Shown: positions 1 to 12,794 of the stretch, piece by piece | Layout: the number at the start of each line of letters is the position of its first letter | Numbering within the stretch: position 1 is the stretch's first letter | The notes under the pieces: model-generated | Databases searched by the model: none | The model's input: the letters and a program-made list of their open reading frames with translations, nothing else | Told to the model about the DNA's origin: nothing | Origin: Azolla caroliniana | Lineage: Eukaryota; Plantae; Polypodiophyta | Reading direction: 5' to 3' | DNA: 64,000 bases | Assembly: GCA_043228905.1 (NCBI GenBank) | Contig: JBHGNT010000003.1 | Coordinates: 8,060,001 to 8,124,000, forward strand | Translations under genes and position numbers: made by a program

Positions 1-631
1 TCTTGGAGGCTGGTTATGCTACTGCCTTCGTCGGAAGCTTGTAGAACCTGGAACTGCAGTGCGTCTTCTGCAATTTGCCGAAGCGTTTTTGAGAATGACC
101 GATCGCGCCGGATCTCGTCGACGGCTTGCTGCAGGGCTTCCCGTCGTCGCTGCCGTTCGGCGTGGCGTCTCCCTCTTTCGGTGATGTGGTCGTTATTTTG
201 TCTAGACATCCATCCCCCGGTTGTCCTCTGCACTCTGCAGGAATCGTGGTCGCCAAAATAGTGTTGTATGTGTGGCTGGACTAGCCGCAACACAGGTGTC
301 TATCCGACACTTCTCCAAAGGGGTGGTAGGGATAGGATGTTAATACACGCGTATGATAATTACACTTAAGCACAGACGAAGACAAGATTAATCAGCATAA
401 GCAAAACTATATTAATTCTTCGCCCTTCATTACAAAACATCGGATCCTTTTATAGGCATCCGGCCAGATTACAATCGGTGCTCGATAGGCAACCGTTAAC
501 CGAAACTGAATCGGTTCGGATCCGGATCGGTTACAACTACCGGATCCGTCCCTCCTAATAATTCTATTCCTATTTCTATATTTACCCGATCCGACCTTGC
601 TTTCCCATTTGCCTTCTCTGACCGGCCAACA
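1..631 (-). mobile_element. 5' end of an LTR retrotransposon (probably non-chromoviral Ty3/gypsy): LTR 631-262, PBS 255-246, start of probable gag (ATG 209, open to window edge)
   Basis: Minus strand reads TGTTGG...CCTATAAAAAGG...CAACA, then spacer CTATTT, then TGGCGACCAC (complementary to the 3' end of plant tRNA-Arg(UCG) as recalled). An open frame MSRQNNDHITERGRRHAERQRRREALQQAVDEIRR... follows. Confidence 0.7.
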
Positions 632-2520
632 CAAATATTTAAAGATCGACTTGTTATTTTTCTTATATATGTATGTGATGACGAAAGATGGCAGGCTACA
701 CAAGTTGGATGGCCCACATATCTGGTGACATGTCAAGATGTGAGTATGAATGAAGATTTAATGTGTAAAAGCAGACTCTTGAATGTCTCGTTCTTCTTCA
801 ATTGAGAAATGACGAATGCCACGTGGTGAGAGATGTTAACCCACTAAAGGATCCCTATCCAATCTGTCGACATGTGAAAACTAAGCAACCGAATGATTTA
901 CAGATCGGCTTGTTTTTAAAAATATAAGTAGGCGATGACGAAAGATGGTGGGCTACACAAGTTGTATGCCCCGCTTATTTCGCGACATGTAAACATGTGA
1001 GTATGACTGAAGGTTTAACGCGTAGTAGCAGAGTGTTGAATGTGTTAGTTGGCTCTTGGGATCTAGGGATGGCTCGGTCTTCTTCAGAACAACAATGACG
1101 AATGCCATGTGGTGAGAGGTGTAATCCCACCACAAGATTTCTATCCAATCCGTTGACATGTGAAAACTAAACAACCAAATGTTTTATAGATCGACTTCTG
1201 TTTTTCTTATATATGTAGACGATGTACGAAAGATGGCGGGCTACACAAGTTGTTTGCCCCACTTATTTGGCGACTTGTCATGATGTGAGTATGAATGAAG
1301 GTTTAACGCGTAGAAGCAGAGTGTTGAATGTGTTAGTTGGCTCTTGGGATCTAGGGATGCCTCGATCTTCTTCAATTGAGCAATGATGAATGCCACGTGG
1401 TGAGAGGCACCATCCCAGTACAGGATCCCCATCCAATCCGTTGACATGTGAAGAGTAAGAAACCCAATGATTTACAAATCGACTTGTGCTTTTTTAATAT
1501 ATTTATGTGATGACAAAAGATGGCGGGTTGCACAAGTTGTATGACCTGTTTATCTGGTGACATGTCACGATGTGAGTATGAATGAAGGTTTAATGTGTAG
1601 AAGGAGAGTGTTTAATGTGTTAGTTGGATCTTGGGATCTCGCGATGCCTTGGTCTTCTCCAAATGAGCAATGATGAATGCCAGGTGGTGAGAGATGTCAT
1701 CACACCACAAGATCCCCATCCAATCCGTCGACATGTGAAAACTTAGCAATGACAAATGCCTTAGTCTTCTCCAATTGAGCAATGACAAATGCCACATGGT
1801 GGGAGATATCATCCCACCACGAGATCCCCATCCAATCCGTTGACATGTGAAAAGTAAGCAACCCAATGATTTAAAGATCGATATGTTTTGTTTTTTATAT
1901 ATGTAGGTGACGACGAAAGATTGCGGGCTACACAAGTCGTATGCCCCATTTATTTGGTGACATGTCAAGAATTGAGTGTGAATGAAGGTTTTAACTTGTA
2001 GAAGTAGAATGTTGACTAGGTTAGTTGGGTCTTGGGATCTGCGGATACCTTAGTCTTCTCCAATTGAGCAATGACGAATGCCACATGGTGGGAGATGTCA
2101 TCCCACCAAGGGATCCCCAACCAATCCGTTGACATGTGAAAAGTAAGCAACCCAATGATTTAAAGATCGATATGTTTTGTTTTTTATATATGTAGGTGAC
2201 GACGAAAGATTGCGGGCTACACAAGTCGTATGCCCCATTTATTTGGTGACATGTCAAGAATTGAGTGTGAATGAAGGTTTAACTTGTAGAAGTAGAATGT
2301 TGACTAGCTTAGTTGGGTCTTGGGATCTGCGGATACCTTAGTCTTCTCCAATTGAGCAATGACGAATGCCACATGGTGGGAGATGTCATCCCACCAAGGG
2401 ATCCCCAACCAATCCGTTGACATGTGAAAAGTAAGCAACCCAATGATTTAAAGATCGATATGTTTTGTTTTTTATATATGTCGGTGATGAAGAAAGATTG
2501 CGGGATACCTTGGTCTTCTC
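632..2520. repeat. Tandem satellite, ~290-300-bp unit, about 6-7 diverged copies
   Basis: Recurring blocks such as GACATGTGAAAA (~869, 1155, 1730, 1842, 2131, 2419), GGCTACACAAGT and GAATGAAGGTTTAA. The last units (1868-2166 and 2157-2455) are nearly identical. Confidence 0.9.
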
Positions 2521-2552
2521 AAATTTAGTATTTGTCTTGGTTCCCAACTTTG

Positions 2553-2560
2553 AGTATAAA
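2553..2560 (+). promoter_or_regulatory. Putative TATA box of the chitinase gene
   Basis: AGTATAAA about 95 bp upstream of ATG 2653, followed by a pyrimidine-rich microsatellite 5' UTR. Confidence 0.45.
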
Positions 2561-2652
2561 AGACACACATCTATGTATCTATCCATCCATCCATCCTTCC
2601 TTCCTTCCTTCCTTCCTTCTATCTATCTATCTATCTATATCCATGTCTATCC

Positions 2653-4157
2653 ATGGCTTCTTCTGCAGCCCACTCTTCGTCCCCAGTGAGGAGCGCTTAT
2701 TTCTATTTCCACTCTGGAGTAACACCATCGAATATTGAGACCTCCCTGTTCACCCATCTCTACTATGCATTCGCCTCCCTGGATGGAAATTCATACGAAA
2801 TCACTCGCCATTCGGACGACAACACCGGTTACCTCTCCACCTTCTCGGCCACAGTTCATAATGCGAACCCCGCCATCAAAACCCTCCTCTCCATCGGTGG
2901 AGGCGGCGCCGACCCCTCGTCTTTCTCGGCGATGGCCGCATCCCCCGAGAGACGCGCCAAGTTCATCAACAGCAGCATCGCGTTCGCACGAAAGTTTGGA
3001 TTCGATGGCCTAGATCTCGACTGGGAATACCCGGACACGCGTACCGACATGTCCAACCTCGCACAGTTGGTCAAGGAGTGGAGCATAGCAGCCAAGAAGC
3101 AATCTCCCCCTCTCCTTTTGACTGCCGCTGTCCGTTACACTGTCACTATCAATTATGGCAGGGAGCCTGGAAGGGCTTATCCCGCGGCTACGATGGCGTT
3201 ATGGCTCGACTGGCTCAACATAATGGCTTACGATCTTCATGGAGGGTGGGAGGGAAATGAAACCGGTGCACACACGGCGCTGTACGACAATACCGCCCAT
3301 CAAATGGCCACTATTAACTATGGTGTCCAGCAATGGCTCAATGCTCGACTCCCTCCATCGTCTGCCGTTCTCGGCCTCGCCGCATACGGACACAGTTGGT
3401 TTTTGGCGGATCCTACGGTGAACGGCGTGGGAGCGCGGGCATCTGGTTACAATGCAGAGCTCACATTTTCACAAATTCAACAACAAACTAATGCAATTTT
3501 TGCAGTGGATAGGAAGACGGTTTCGGCTTATTGCTATTGGTCGGGCCCGGGGCAGAGGACCATTTGGGCTGGTTTTGATAACCCTACCACCATTGCATCT
3601 AAGGTGGACTACCTCCGGGGGAAGGGGCTCAGGGGCTACTTCTTCTGGAAACTGGATGGTGGCACAAACAACTTACTCTACCGACAAGGTAAGGTCCCCT
3701 ATATGTACATATCTCAAATCTACATATTAACATTCCTAGTACATTCATCCATCCATCCATCCATCCACACATCTCAATATTCCTCAATATTATTATTATT
3801 ATTTATGTATCCAAACTTTTTACTTCCAACATGTCATGTCTCGCAAAAAACAACGTCCTCGTGGAACTTGTTTCGTAAAAAACTTCACAAAACCTATTCA
3901 ATACATACGGAATACGACTCCGCTTTAAATGAACAAAGTCAATCCCCTAACATACAATCTTATACTGTACTTATATTGTACTAGAAAAGGAGGCATTTAA
4001 CTTGCTAAAATTTATATCGATAACAAAGATATAAGCACAAAATCTTCTTCTTATATAAATATAAATAAATAAATATTTATGTATGTATGTATGTATATCA
4101 AGGATAGCTAATAATGCCTTTATGTTCTTTGCAGCTTCCCAGACTCTCTTGGCTTAA
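2653..4157 (+). CDS. GH18 (plant class V) chitinase, 2 exons (2653-3688, 4135-4157), ~352 aa
   Basis: Motifs LSIGGG, catalytic [11 protein letters not shown] (DxDxE intact), MAYDLHG and GYFFW. The GT-AG intron 3689-4134 (G|GTAAG...TTTGCAG|CT) gives the C-terminus RQASQTLLA*. Confidence 0.92.
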
Positions 4158-5534
4158 ACATGAAAGAAGATCCATGAGGGTAAATTCGAGAGTGGCACGT
4201 TTAAACAAAAATAATATGCAAGCATTTTCTATTTAATAAGATTTCATGTACCATGTAAAGGAATCTGGCCTTGTTGAAATAGAGAATAATAAAATAATAA
4301 TAACAAATAAATAATAATGTATATGGTCTCTCATCTAAGAGACACATGAAGAGGTGTTGTGTCTCATCAGAAAGACACTTACAATGTTGCCAACTACTCG
4401 TTGCATCATTGTACACTTTGCTTCATTCTCAATGGAATCAATACATTAATTCTATACAAAACTGTTATATATATTCTATTCCTATACTCCTACATGCCAC
4501 TATGTTAAATATATTGCCATTATTTAAAACATGGGAGGGGTTAGTGTCGTCTTGTCATCCATGGGTTTCTTTAAGGAATGCCCTCATTCATCGTGCTTAC
4601 ATCCGGTCCTAGTCATGCTTATCTGCCAATTACTACTCGTTAGGCACGAAATGGACGATAAGATTATGTAGCGATAAGGGTTGTTGTTTGCGAGAGGGGT
4701 GTTGAGCAAGTACTAATTAATTATGAACAATATCGGGGAATACCTTGCAAACAAGTGACAAACCACTAGGTAACTTAACTAACACTATGTACTAAACTAA
4801 TCATTAACTAAGTATAGAGAAACGCATGCAATAGACTACAGTAACAATACTCTCACTTGTAATATTTTTTCCTTGAAAGCTATAACAAGATTCTATATTT
4901 TGAGAAGAGGAAACGGGAAAGTTCCACTTAATTCTAAACAACTCATGAATAACGCATTTGCGTTCACAAGTGGAAGGACTGCACATTCCACTTGTCAATT
5001 CCTTTAATAATCTTGCGCCAGTATCACATGTTTTAAAAAGCATATAGAATTTGTTGTTTATTTTAAAATTTAGCAAGTTTCAATTTAATGGTAATTTCTA
5101 AATTTGGATAGCTTTTCGATAAATGTTTAAACATTGATGGTTTATAAATATGAAATGTAGTTAAGTTCAAGCAAATCACAAATTATGGTTAACTTAAAGC
5201 ACAAGTTAAGATTAATGGTTTCACCATCTTAAGGGGATGTACGTTCCAGAAGTGCAAGTGACATCTATTGTTAGTGAAAATGTTTTACGTGGAAGAGGTA
5301 ACACTCTAATCCTTAGTGTCACCAACATCTATAAATTTAGTGCTCATCAACATCCATAAATTCACAACTCCAAAAATTTAGACAATTAATTTCATAAACT
5401 GCCAAAACTATCAAACCTAGACATGACCATTAATATATCAATGGAACATATCACATAGTTATTAGGGTACCCACAATGTTCTCCTCTTCTTCCTTTTGAG
5501 AACTCTCCTCCAAAATTGGTGCAGTAGTATTTAC

Positions 5535-6177
5535 AATTGAGAATCGATCCAACCGCAACCGGTTAGCACGTATATATATGCAGGTGCAAAAATCAAGAAG
5601 ACAAGAAACACAGGAAAACAGACAGCTCAGGTACAAAGACACACAATTTTTAACGTGGAAAACTCGAAAGGGAAAAACCACGGGAGTCGACGAACTTTGA
5701 ACTGTATCACCATAGAAGAAGAGGAATACAATAAGAAACCCGCAAGGAAACAACCCTTCTGGTTCTTCTTCGTATGACAGACAGTTATGGAGAACTTACT
5801 CACTCTCACTCACTATCGCTCTCTTACTCCTTCACTTAATTACAGAGGCAACAACCACACGTAACTTTTCACAAATGATTATCTCTGTTTGCCTAGCTAC
5901 TTGCCCTACGTATATTTATACTCATATACAATATGGGCTATTTACAAGTATGGCCCACTAAGGGCACATTTAAGCTATTTACAATTATAGTTCCCTCTTG
6001 AATGGGCTTTGACCAATTCGGCTAATAACTAAATCGATTAACAATCGATTTTCAATTAGTGGATTTTTCGGAAATCAATTTTCAGCCTCGACCTATCAGC
6101 CTTGCCTGAGTTTACCTATCGATTCCATTCCATTCGGCTTATGCTCTTCCCATCCGGAGGGACCTGTTTTCCCAACA
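5535..6177 (-). mobile_element. Solo LTR of a Ty1/copia family
   Basis: Ends in ...CCCAACA, left terminus degenerate, flanks TTTAC/TCTAC (4/5 TSD). Shares ACGTGGAAAAC..GGGAAAAACCACG with LTRs at 7728 and 53836; the latter abuts a copia PPT and RT on the minus strand. Confidence 0.75.
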
Positions 6178-7239
6178 TCTACTCCACATATGTTGGCAAC
6201 AATAGGTAGCTCGTCATTAAAATCAATAAGCTACCCAGGTGGTTCACGAGATGCAAATCGAAAATGTTCAGTATCTGCAATATGCCTGGCCCCTACTTCT
6301 TCGTCCTGATTTGGGGATTCCCATAAGGCATTAATCCTCATGTTAATGAAACTCACTTGCTCATCATCCTTTTCTAGTGTAACAGTATTTCGAAATAGCT
6401 TCAATGCAAATCAACAAATGATGTAAGAAAATCATGAATATCGTTAACTTCTCCTAGTTTCTTACTAGGATCGTCTCGAAATATCATCATTGAACAATAT
6501 TTTCTTTGCTCTCTGACTATACATTGTCGTGCCTTTCGGCTCCGGATCGTTGCGTGAGTCGGGTGGGAACCGCTGAGGTTTTGGACTAGGAGAAAGAAGA
6601 ATATGAGATGAGGCTAGTAATGAATAGATTATTAGAAAGAGAGATAGAAATTTTGTGAATCCCACGAGTGTATTGTATTCGATTAATCAATATTTAGATA
6701 AGAATATGTATTTAGATTGAAAGAAAGATATAAGAAACTTGTGAATCCCACAAGTATAGATTATATTATTTTCGTGAATCCCACGAGTTTAGTATATTTA
6801 GTCAATATTTAGGTAGTAAGAGAGAATTATTTTAGCAAATTCGGGAATCCCACGAATATTTTAGATTGATTGATCATTATAGAAAAATAATCAACAAAAA
6901 CTACAATGTGCTCCCCATCCTTATATAGTGATGGGAGAGACTAAGCATAGCTACATGCTTTTTTCTAATATGTTCATGCACACTAAATGTGCATGTGATG
7001 CTTTTCTAATCCTTGCTTTTATTTGCTAAATATAGTGCTCATGCGCGCTAGATGTGCATGAGTCACTTTTTAGTTGCTTGCGTTTTTCTATAAAATATTC
7101 ACGCACTCTAAAAATACATGATTTACCTTTTAATAAAGGTAGGCGCAAATAAAGAACTTATACTTATTAAATCTATTTATAAAACACTAAAGATAAGGTA
7201 GCATAATGGTAAAGTTGAGGTTTGGCTACTTGGAGGTAC

Positions 7240-7711
7240 AAGGTTTGAATCTTGCCTTATGCACGTGATAAATATTTTGATATTCTTATTTTATTTATTT
7301 ATATGTAATTAAATCGGTTATATTATTTTTACTTTTTCACATAGTGTACGAAATACACTACGACAACGTGGCTTCCTCACCTTCAGTAGATTCTAAAGGT
7401 TTGAATCTTGCCTTATGCACGTGATAAATATTTTGATATTCTTATTTTATTTATTTATATGTAATTAAATCGGTTATATTATTTTTACTTTTTCACATAG
7501 TGTACAAAATACACTACGACAACGTGGCTTCCTCACCTTCAGTAGATTCTAAAGGTTTGAATCTTGCCTTATGCACGTGATAAATATTTTGATATTCTTA
7601 TTTTATTTATTTATATGTAATTAAATCGGTTATATTATTTTTACTTTTTCACGTAGTGTACGAAATACACTACGACAACGTGGCTTCCTCACCTTCAGTA
7701 GATTCTAAAGG
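7240..7711. repeat. Three tandem copies of a ~158-bp unit (possible Helitron-like 3' end)
   Basis: AAGGTTTGAATCTTGCC...CTTCAGTAGATTCTA repeated from ~7240, ~7397 and ~7553; each copy has the hairpin TAGTGTA-cgaaa-TACACTA or a 1-nt loop variant. Confidence 0.85.
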
Positions 7712-7727
7712 TGAGCCGTGATAATTC

Positions 7728-8398
7728 TGTTGAGAAATCAATGCGGAATTAATCACAATAATCGAACTACGCGCTGAAATACGAATCACACCACAATGCA
7801 AGAAAGACAAGATAAACGACTATACACAGAGATTTACGTGGAAACCCTAAAACGGGAAAAACCACGGGTGAACAGATTCTTCACTATACAAATAGTGGAT
7901 ACACAATACAGAGAAGATTACAACACTCTGTCGAGCATATCAGCCGCACAGGGCTCTTCGCGTCTACTGTTACACACACAGCTATGGCATAGTTCACGCT
8001 TCTCCCTCTCTCACTCTCTCTCTCTCTCTCTCTCTCTCTGTTTCTACTGTTTTATTCTGTTCGTCACACAGTTAAAGTTTGCCCTAGTTGCATATATACT
8101 TACACAACTTTTCTGGCTATTTACATACGTAGCCTTCATGGGGCGCACATCTAGACTATTTACAATTATAGTCTCCCGAGTTGGCTATGTACACGATTCT
8201 AGTTTCGGCCGAGTCCCTCATCAACTCGGCTCCTCTCTCTCCCCATCCAGAGAGACTTGTTTCCTAACATCATCATTATTATTGCCATAATAATAATAAT
8301 CGAATTCTCAAACAGTCGAGTCATTGTTTTCGGCCCTTCGACTGTCGGCTTTCCGAACAATCGGATCATCCTCTCACTGGAGGGACATATTCCCAACA
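7728..8398 (-). mobile_element. Solo LTR, same copia LTR group as 5535-6177
   Basis: TGTTGAGA...CCCAACA termini, flanks AATTC/AGTTC (4/5 TSD), shared internal motifs. Confidence 0.8.
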
Positions 8399-9019
8399 AG
8401 TTCAAACATATTTTCTTGATTGTACGCTTATCTTGATTTTCAATTGACCTTGTAGGGGCAAGATCGAAAAATATAAAGAAACTCAATTATATGAGCCAAA
8501 TAGTAATTTCTAACAACTTGTATGTTTAAAGATAGATTAACTTTAGAAATGGGCTTGAAATGCCAAAACGGCATTGGTAGAGGCGAAATATGCCAAAAAG
8601 TAATGAATTTTTGCTAAATAAATGCGAAACAAACACTAAATAGTGAAGTAAAAACAAGAAGTGAAAGCGATTCTCTGATGGAAAATCTTGGAAAAAAATA
8701 GAAATTCATGTTGAGTGACAAGCTCAACATGAAGCCGAATCGACTAAAGGATCGGCTGGAGAAATCGACAACCTAATTGGCTGAAGAAGACGACAGGCTG
8801 TTAGAGCCTATATTTTTATTCTTAGTAAATGGAATATTATTATAGGCAATTAGTGTGAGATGCTCATTTATGAGCATTTAATTAGTTCGATTATGGCGTT
8901 GTGGGAAAATTCGATACAAAACATGTTCGCGTTCACAAGTGGAAGGATCATATACAAATGGTAGGATAAGGAATATGTCGTCTGATTCTTGGGCCTTTTT
9001 GGCCATTTCACAAAACACT

Positions 9020-9554
9020 TGTTGGGCTAAAAGTCCCAGTGCTCTACCCACTTGTATCCTAGTGTGAACATGCCCTCGCTGTTAGGGCTAAGTTGTCCTA
9101 ACTATATAAGTGAGAGACTAAGCATTGTAAATAAGTTCGAAGGTTAATGTAAAAAGTCTTGTTTGAGCATGTCTCTTGCTCTCTATCTCTCTACCAGCAA
9201 CTATCTACTTCTTGATTCTTGGCACAGTGCACATCTTCTTCACTACTTGTGTTGTTTGCTAAACTCATTGACAAGTCCTCAATCATATTCTTCTACATAT
9301 TATCTCCAACAAGTGGTATCAGAGTGACTTGCAGTTCAACCGCAATAGTAACATAAATCTAAGAAGAGAAGAAACAATATAAGGAAAGGCCCAGACCAAT
9401 AAATGTCACTTCCAACAGAACATGGCTTCAACATCCTACACGAGAGTAGAAATCCAAAAGTTCGACGGCAAGAACTTTGCCCTATGGAAGGAGATGATGT
9501 AGGATGTATTAATCATCCAGCATCATATCAAGGCAATATGGCACACCAACAAGC
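9020..9554 (+). mobile_element. Truncated Ty1/copia 5' end: LTR ~9020-9311, tRNA-iMet PBS, gag N-terminus with stop
   Basis: TGTTGG...CCAACA, then AG-TGGTATCAGAG. ATG 9422 gives MASTSYTRVEIQKFDGKNFALWKEMM*, a copia gag N-terminal motif. Confidence 0.8.
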
Positions 9555-9570
9555 TGTCATGACTCATGAG

Positions 9571-9624
<54 letters not shown>

Positions 9625-10700
9625 AAAGATGAAGATAGAAGGTAGAGACAGACAGACAGGAAATGGAAATGAGTTTATATTATGAGAGAACAAGGTTTAC
9701 AAAGAGTAGACTACGGGTTAAAGATTGGTGTTGAACCGAATGAGTTGTGATCATGAATAAACACCTATTTATATGTTCTTATGGAGTATTCTAGAATGTT
9801 CTAGAATATTTTAGATTTTTATGATATTTAAGTTGATCATGGAATACTCTAGAATGTTCAAGTATACTCTAAATATGTTGTAATAATTAATAATATAACT
9901 ATTATAACTATATATCATATGACATGTTATTCTAATAGTTAAAGGTATAATGTAGACACCAAGAGTTTGTGGGTTCGAATCCTTCTAAGCCAAAATGTAT
10001 GTCTTCATGACATTATTCCCCTTTTTCAACGACGAGTTCCATGAGTCAGAAGACAAGATTGAAAACTTGGCTTATGGGGATATTTGTTATGAAATGCATC
10101 AACCATGTCAGAGGCGTTAGCAAGATTCTTGGCAAGCTCCCATGTTTGATCATTAGGTGTATAACCTAACCAATCAACCAAATAATATAGTTTGTTGTGG
10201 ACGAGCTTGAAGTCAATAATGGCAACAACTTCATAATATTCAGATCAGTGTGGAAACTTCGATTGGATGTGGGGGCGATGTAAGACGACCTCGAATAGAG
10301 CTTGTTGTGTACGGTTCCAAAAGTGAAACATGAAAGACCGGGTGAATACGCATATGAGGAAGAAGATCAAGGTGAAATGCCACATGATTGATCTTAGCAA
10401 AGATGACATATGGGCCAATATGTTGATAATCTAGTTTGTAGCATGGTTTTGTGGTTTTAATACTACCTTGTAAGAGCCATACTCGATCTCCCACTTGAAA
10501 TGTAGTCGATGAATCACGGTTGGCAACCTTCTTTTGAGTGTTTTGAGCATCACATAAATGGTGCAAAAGGATATCTTGAATTTCTTGAAGTCGACTAAGC
10601 CGACTTCAAGAAATTCAAGATATCCTTTTAGCAGGCTAGTTTGTCGGGAGTTCGGGATGTTCAAGCATCGTCCAACGAGGATGATACCCAATGTTGAATA
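9555..10700 (-). mobile_element. 3' fragment of a Tcn1-like chromovirus (integrase C-terminus, chromodomain, PPT, LTR 9555-10012)
   Basis: ORF 10240-10566 has the integrase GPY/F region (HPVFHVSLLEP). Minus-strand PPT AAAAGGGGAATAA precedes TGTCATGAAGAC. Homologous to 23000-24059. Confidence 0.88.
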
Positions 10701-11936
10701 TGTTTGTTAGTTGCAACCTATTTGGAATAGCTTATTCCCTTACAAGGAAATTTGTTCCTATTATTTTGCATCTATAGCTTATTATTACCATTCCCATGCT
10801 CAAACTATAGACGTTTCTAGTCTAGTACTTTCTTACAATATGTTTACAAAATTAATGCACGTTCATCTAGTAACGTATGGCTTCCACTAAGTAGCCAGCA
10901 TTGGGTTTACTATTTTGCTATCATACTCCTTTTATAACACAAAATATGCACTACATCATGAGTAAATATTCACCTACAAACTATAGTTCAATCATTTATG
11001 CCAAAATAAACCCTAAATCATGAATGTATGATTCATTAGTGATTGATGCCTAAGAAATTAGGGAGCCTAAATAAATAACATATACAAGCCAAACAATTTT
11101 AATAAGCCTTTTTAACCATGAAACTTTGAATAAGATTAGTTCAAACTGAAATATTGACATTTCACTTTCATATGACCTTGAAGCTCTAAATTTCCATGGG
11201 AGAAATTTCAATATACAAAACCCCTTCCATTGAATAAGGTGGAAACTATTTCAAAGCCCTTAGATAAGGATCACTTTGATGCCAGTCAATCCAAACCAAA
11301 ATATCTCAAACCCACTACAATGACACTGATAGAAATACTGTGTGATGGATACTCAGAAATTCCCAAATTTGATCCTATGTGATGGATATTGGCGAGGGCC
11401 AACCACACCCCTAATTGCATGTCATTATGTTGCAGTCTTTTTTATCAAGCAAATTATTTAAAAAAACAAAATAATGACCAACGCCAATTAATGTACACCA
11501 AGCCATAACATTGAACAAAATATTGTTTGATCATGACTAGGCCCCAAGAACACCTATTCAGGATTTAAAAGCTTGTGATAGACATAACACATTCATTTCA
11601 TTTTCAACTGCAGCTTCATGAGCAAAATTTTGAGGCTACATAGATGTCATTAGCCATTGCCATATCTTTGTTGGAATGCCATACCATCAGAAAAATGGGT
11701 CAGAATAGTCCTGACACTGACCTTGCAAGACAGGTACTGGATCACCAAAGTTTTACATTCCTTCAGTTTCTATCACCTGAATGATCTTTCAGAAGCTCTC
11801 AATTAAGAAGATAGCTCCGAGACATCCAAAATGATACATGTGGGTGGCGAGTACCTATCTATGCACCTAGCTTAGAGAGAAGTCTCTCACAAAAGTTAGG
11901 TTATGGGAGAACAAAACATTTATGAATCTGAAAATC

Positions 11937-12735
11937 TCATAGCAAAACAGATTTCTTTGATCTCCTGGCAGCCTCTCTTTCGGCAACTAGCACAGAAAAC
12001 TCTGGTCCTAGCATGTCTTTGATAGCTATACCCTTTGATATGCTTGCTTCAAAAGTGTCAATTACAATGTCAGGATATATTAAGAAACCAAGTGCAGATA
12101 ATACATGAATGCTATTTGCTAATCTGCAGATATTCTGCCTCACTGATAAAGGGATAACTATACTACTCAGCTCTCCATTTACAGAATCATCATTCGATTC
12201 TGTTTTGTTTGAACTTGGATTTTGCACATCAAGTGTTTTTTCTTCAGAAGACACAGCAATCCAGATATAACCATTACACCCAATAATCATGTCCACCCCA
12301 TACTGTTTCAGAGAGTGGAAGTGTTGCTTCAAACGTTTCACTAGGTAGGCAGCAACCTTGACAAGCTGACCATTCTCAAGCTGTAAAGGTAAAAATGGAA
12401 TGAATGAATATATGAGATAGAGAAACAAACGAACATACCTTATGAATATGAGCTATATGGAATGAATGACAGACAAGAAATGCAAAGAACTACTTGATTG
12501 CAACAAACCTTTCCATATTTTAAACTCCTTGTGTGCAAATGAACTGATCCATCATTATGTACACTTTGAACTTCAGCCTGTTTACAAGCACAAACAGTAG
12601 CTTGAAACTGAATTCATCATGCAATTGATGCAACAAATTGCAATATTACTTACACTAATGAGATCATTCTCTTCGAATAACGTTCGCATATTGAGCTCAT
12701 CTACAGCTGTTCGCCTTCTCTGTGTACAACCAACG

Positions 12736-12794
<59 letters not shown>

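Noticed and set aside
338-366. Purine tract GGGGTGGTAGGGATAGGA before TGTTAAT as a plus-strand PPT/LTR start
   Set aside because: The minus-strand reading (TATA, CA end, spacer, PBS, gag ORF) explains the region better.
632-2520. Short ORFs in the satellite, or the unit as an snRNA/snoRNA gene
   Set aside because: ORF frames are not conserved between units. I could not recognise a known snRNA sequence or a convincing USE element.
3689-3984. C-terminal 98 aa of the 443-aa chitinase ORF
   Set aside because: Read-through into an AT-rich GT-AG intron; the spliced end gives a typical class V C-terminus.
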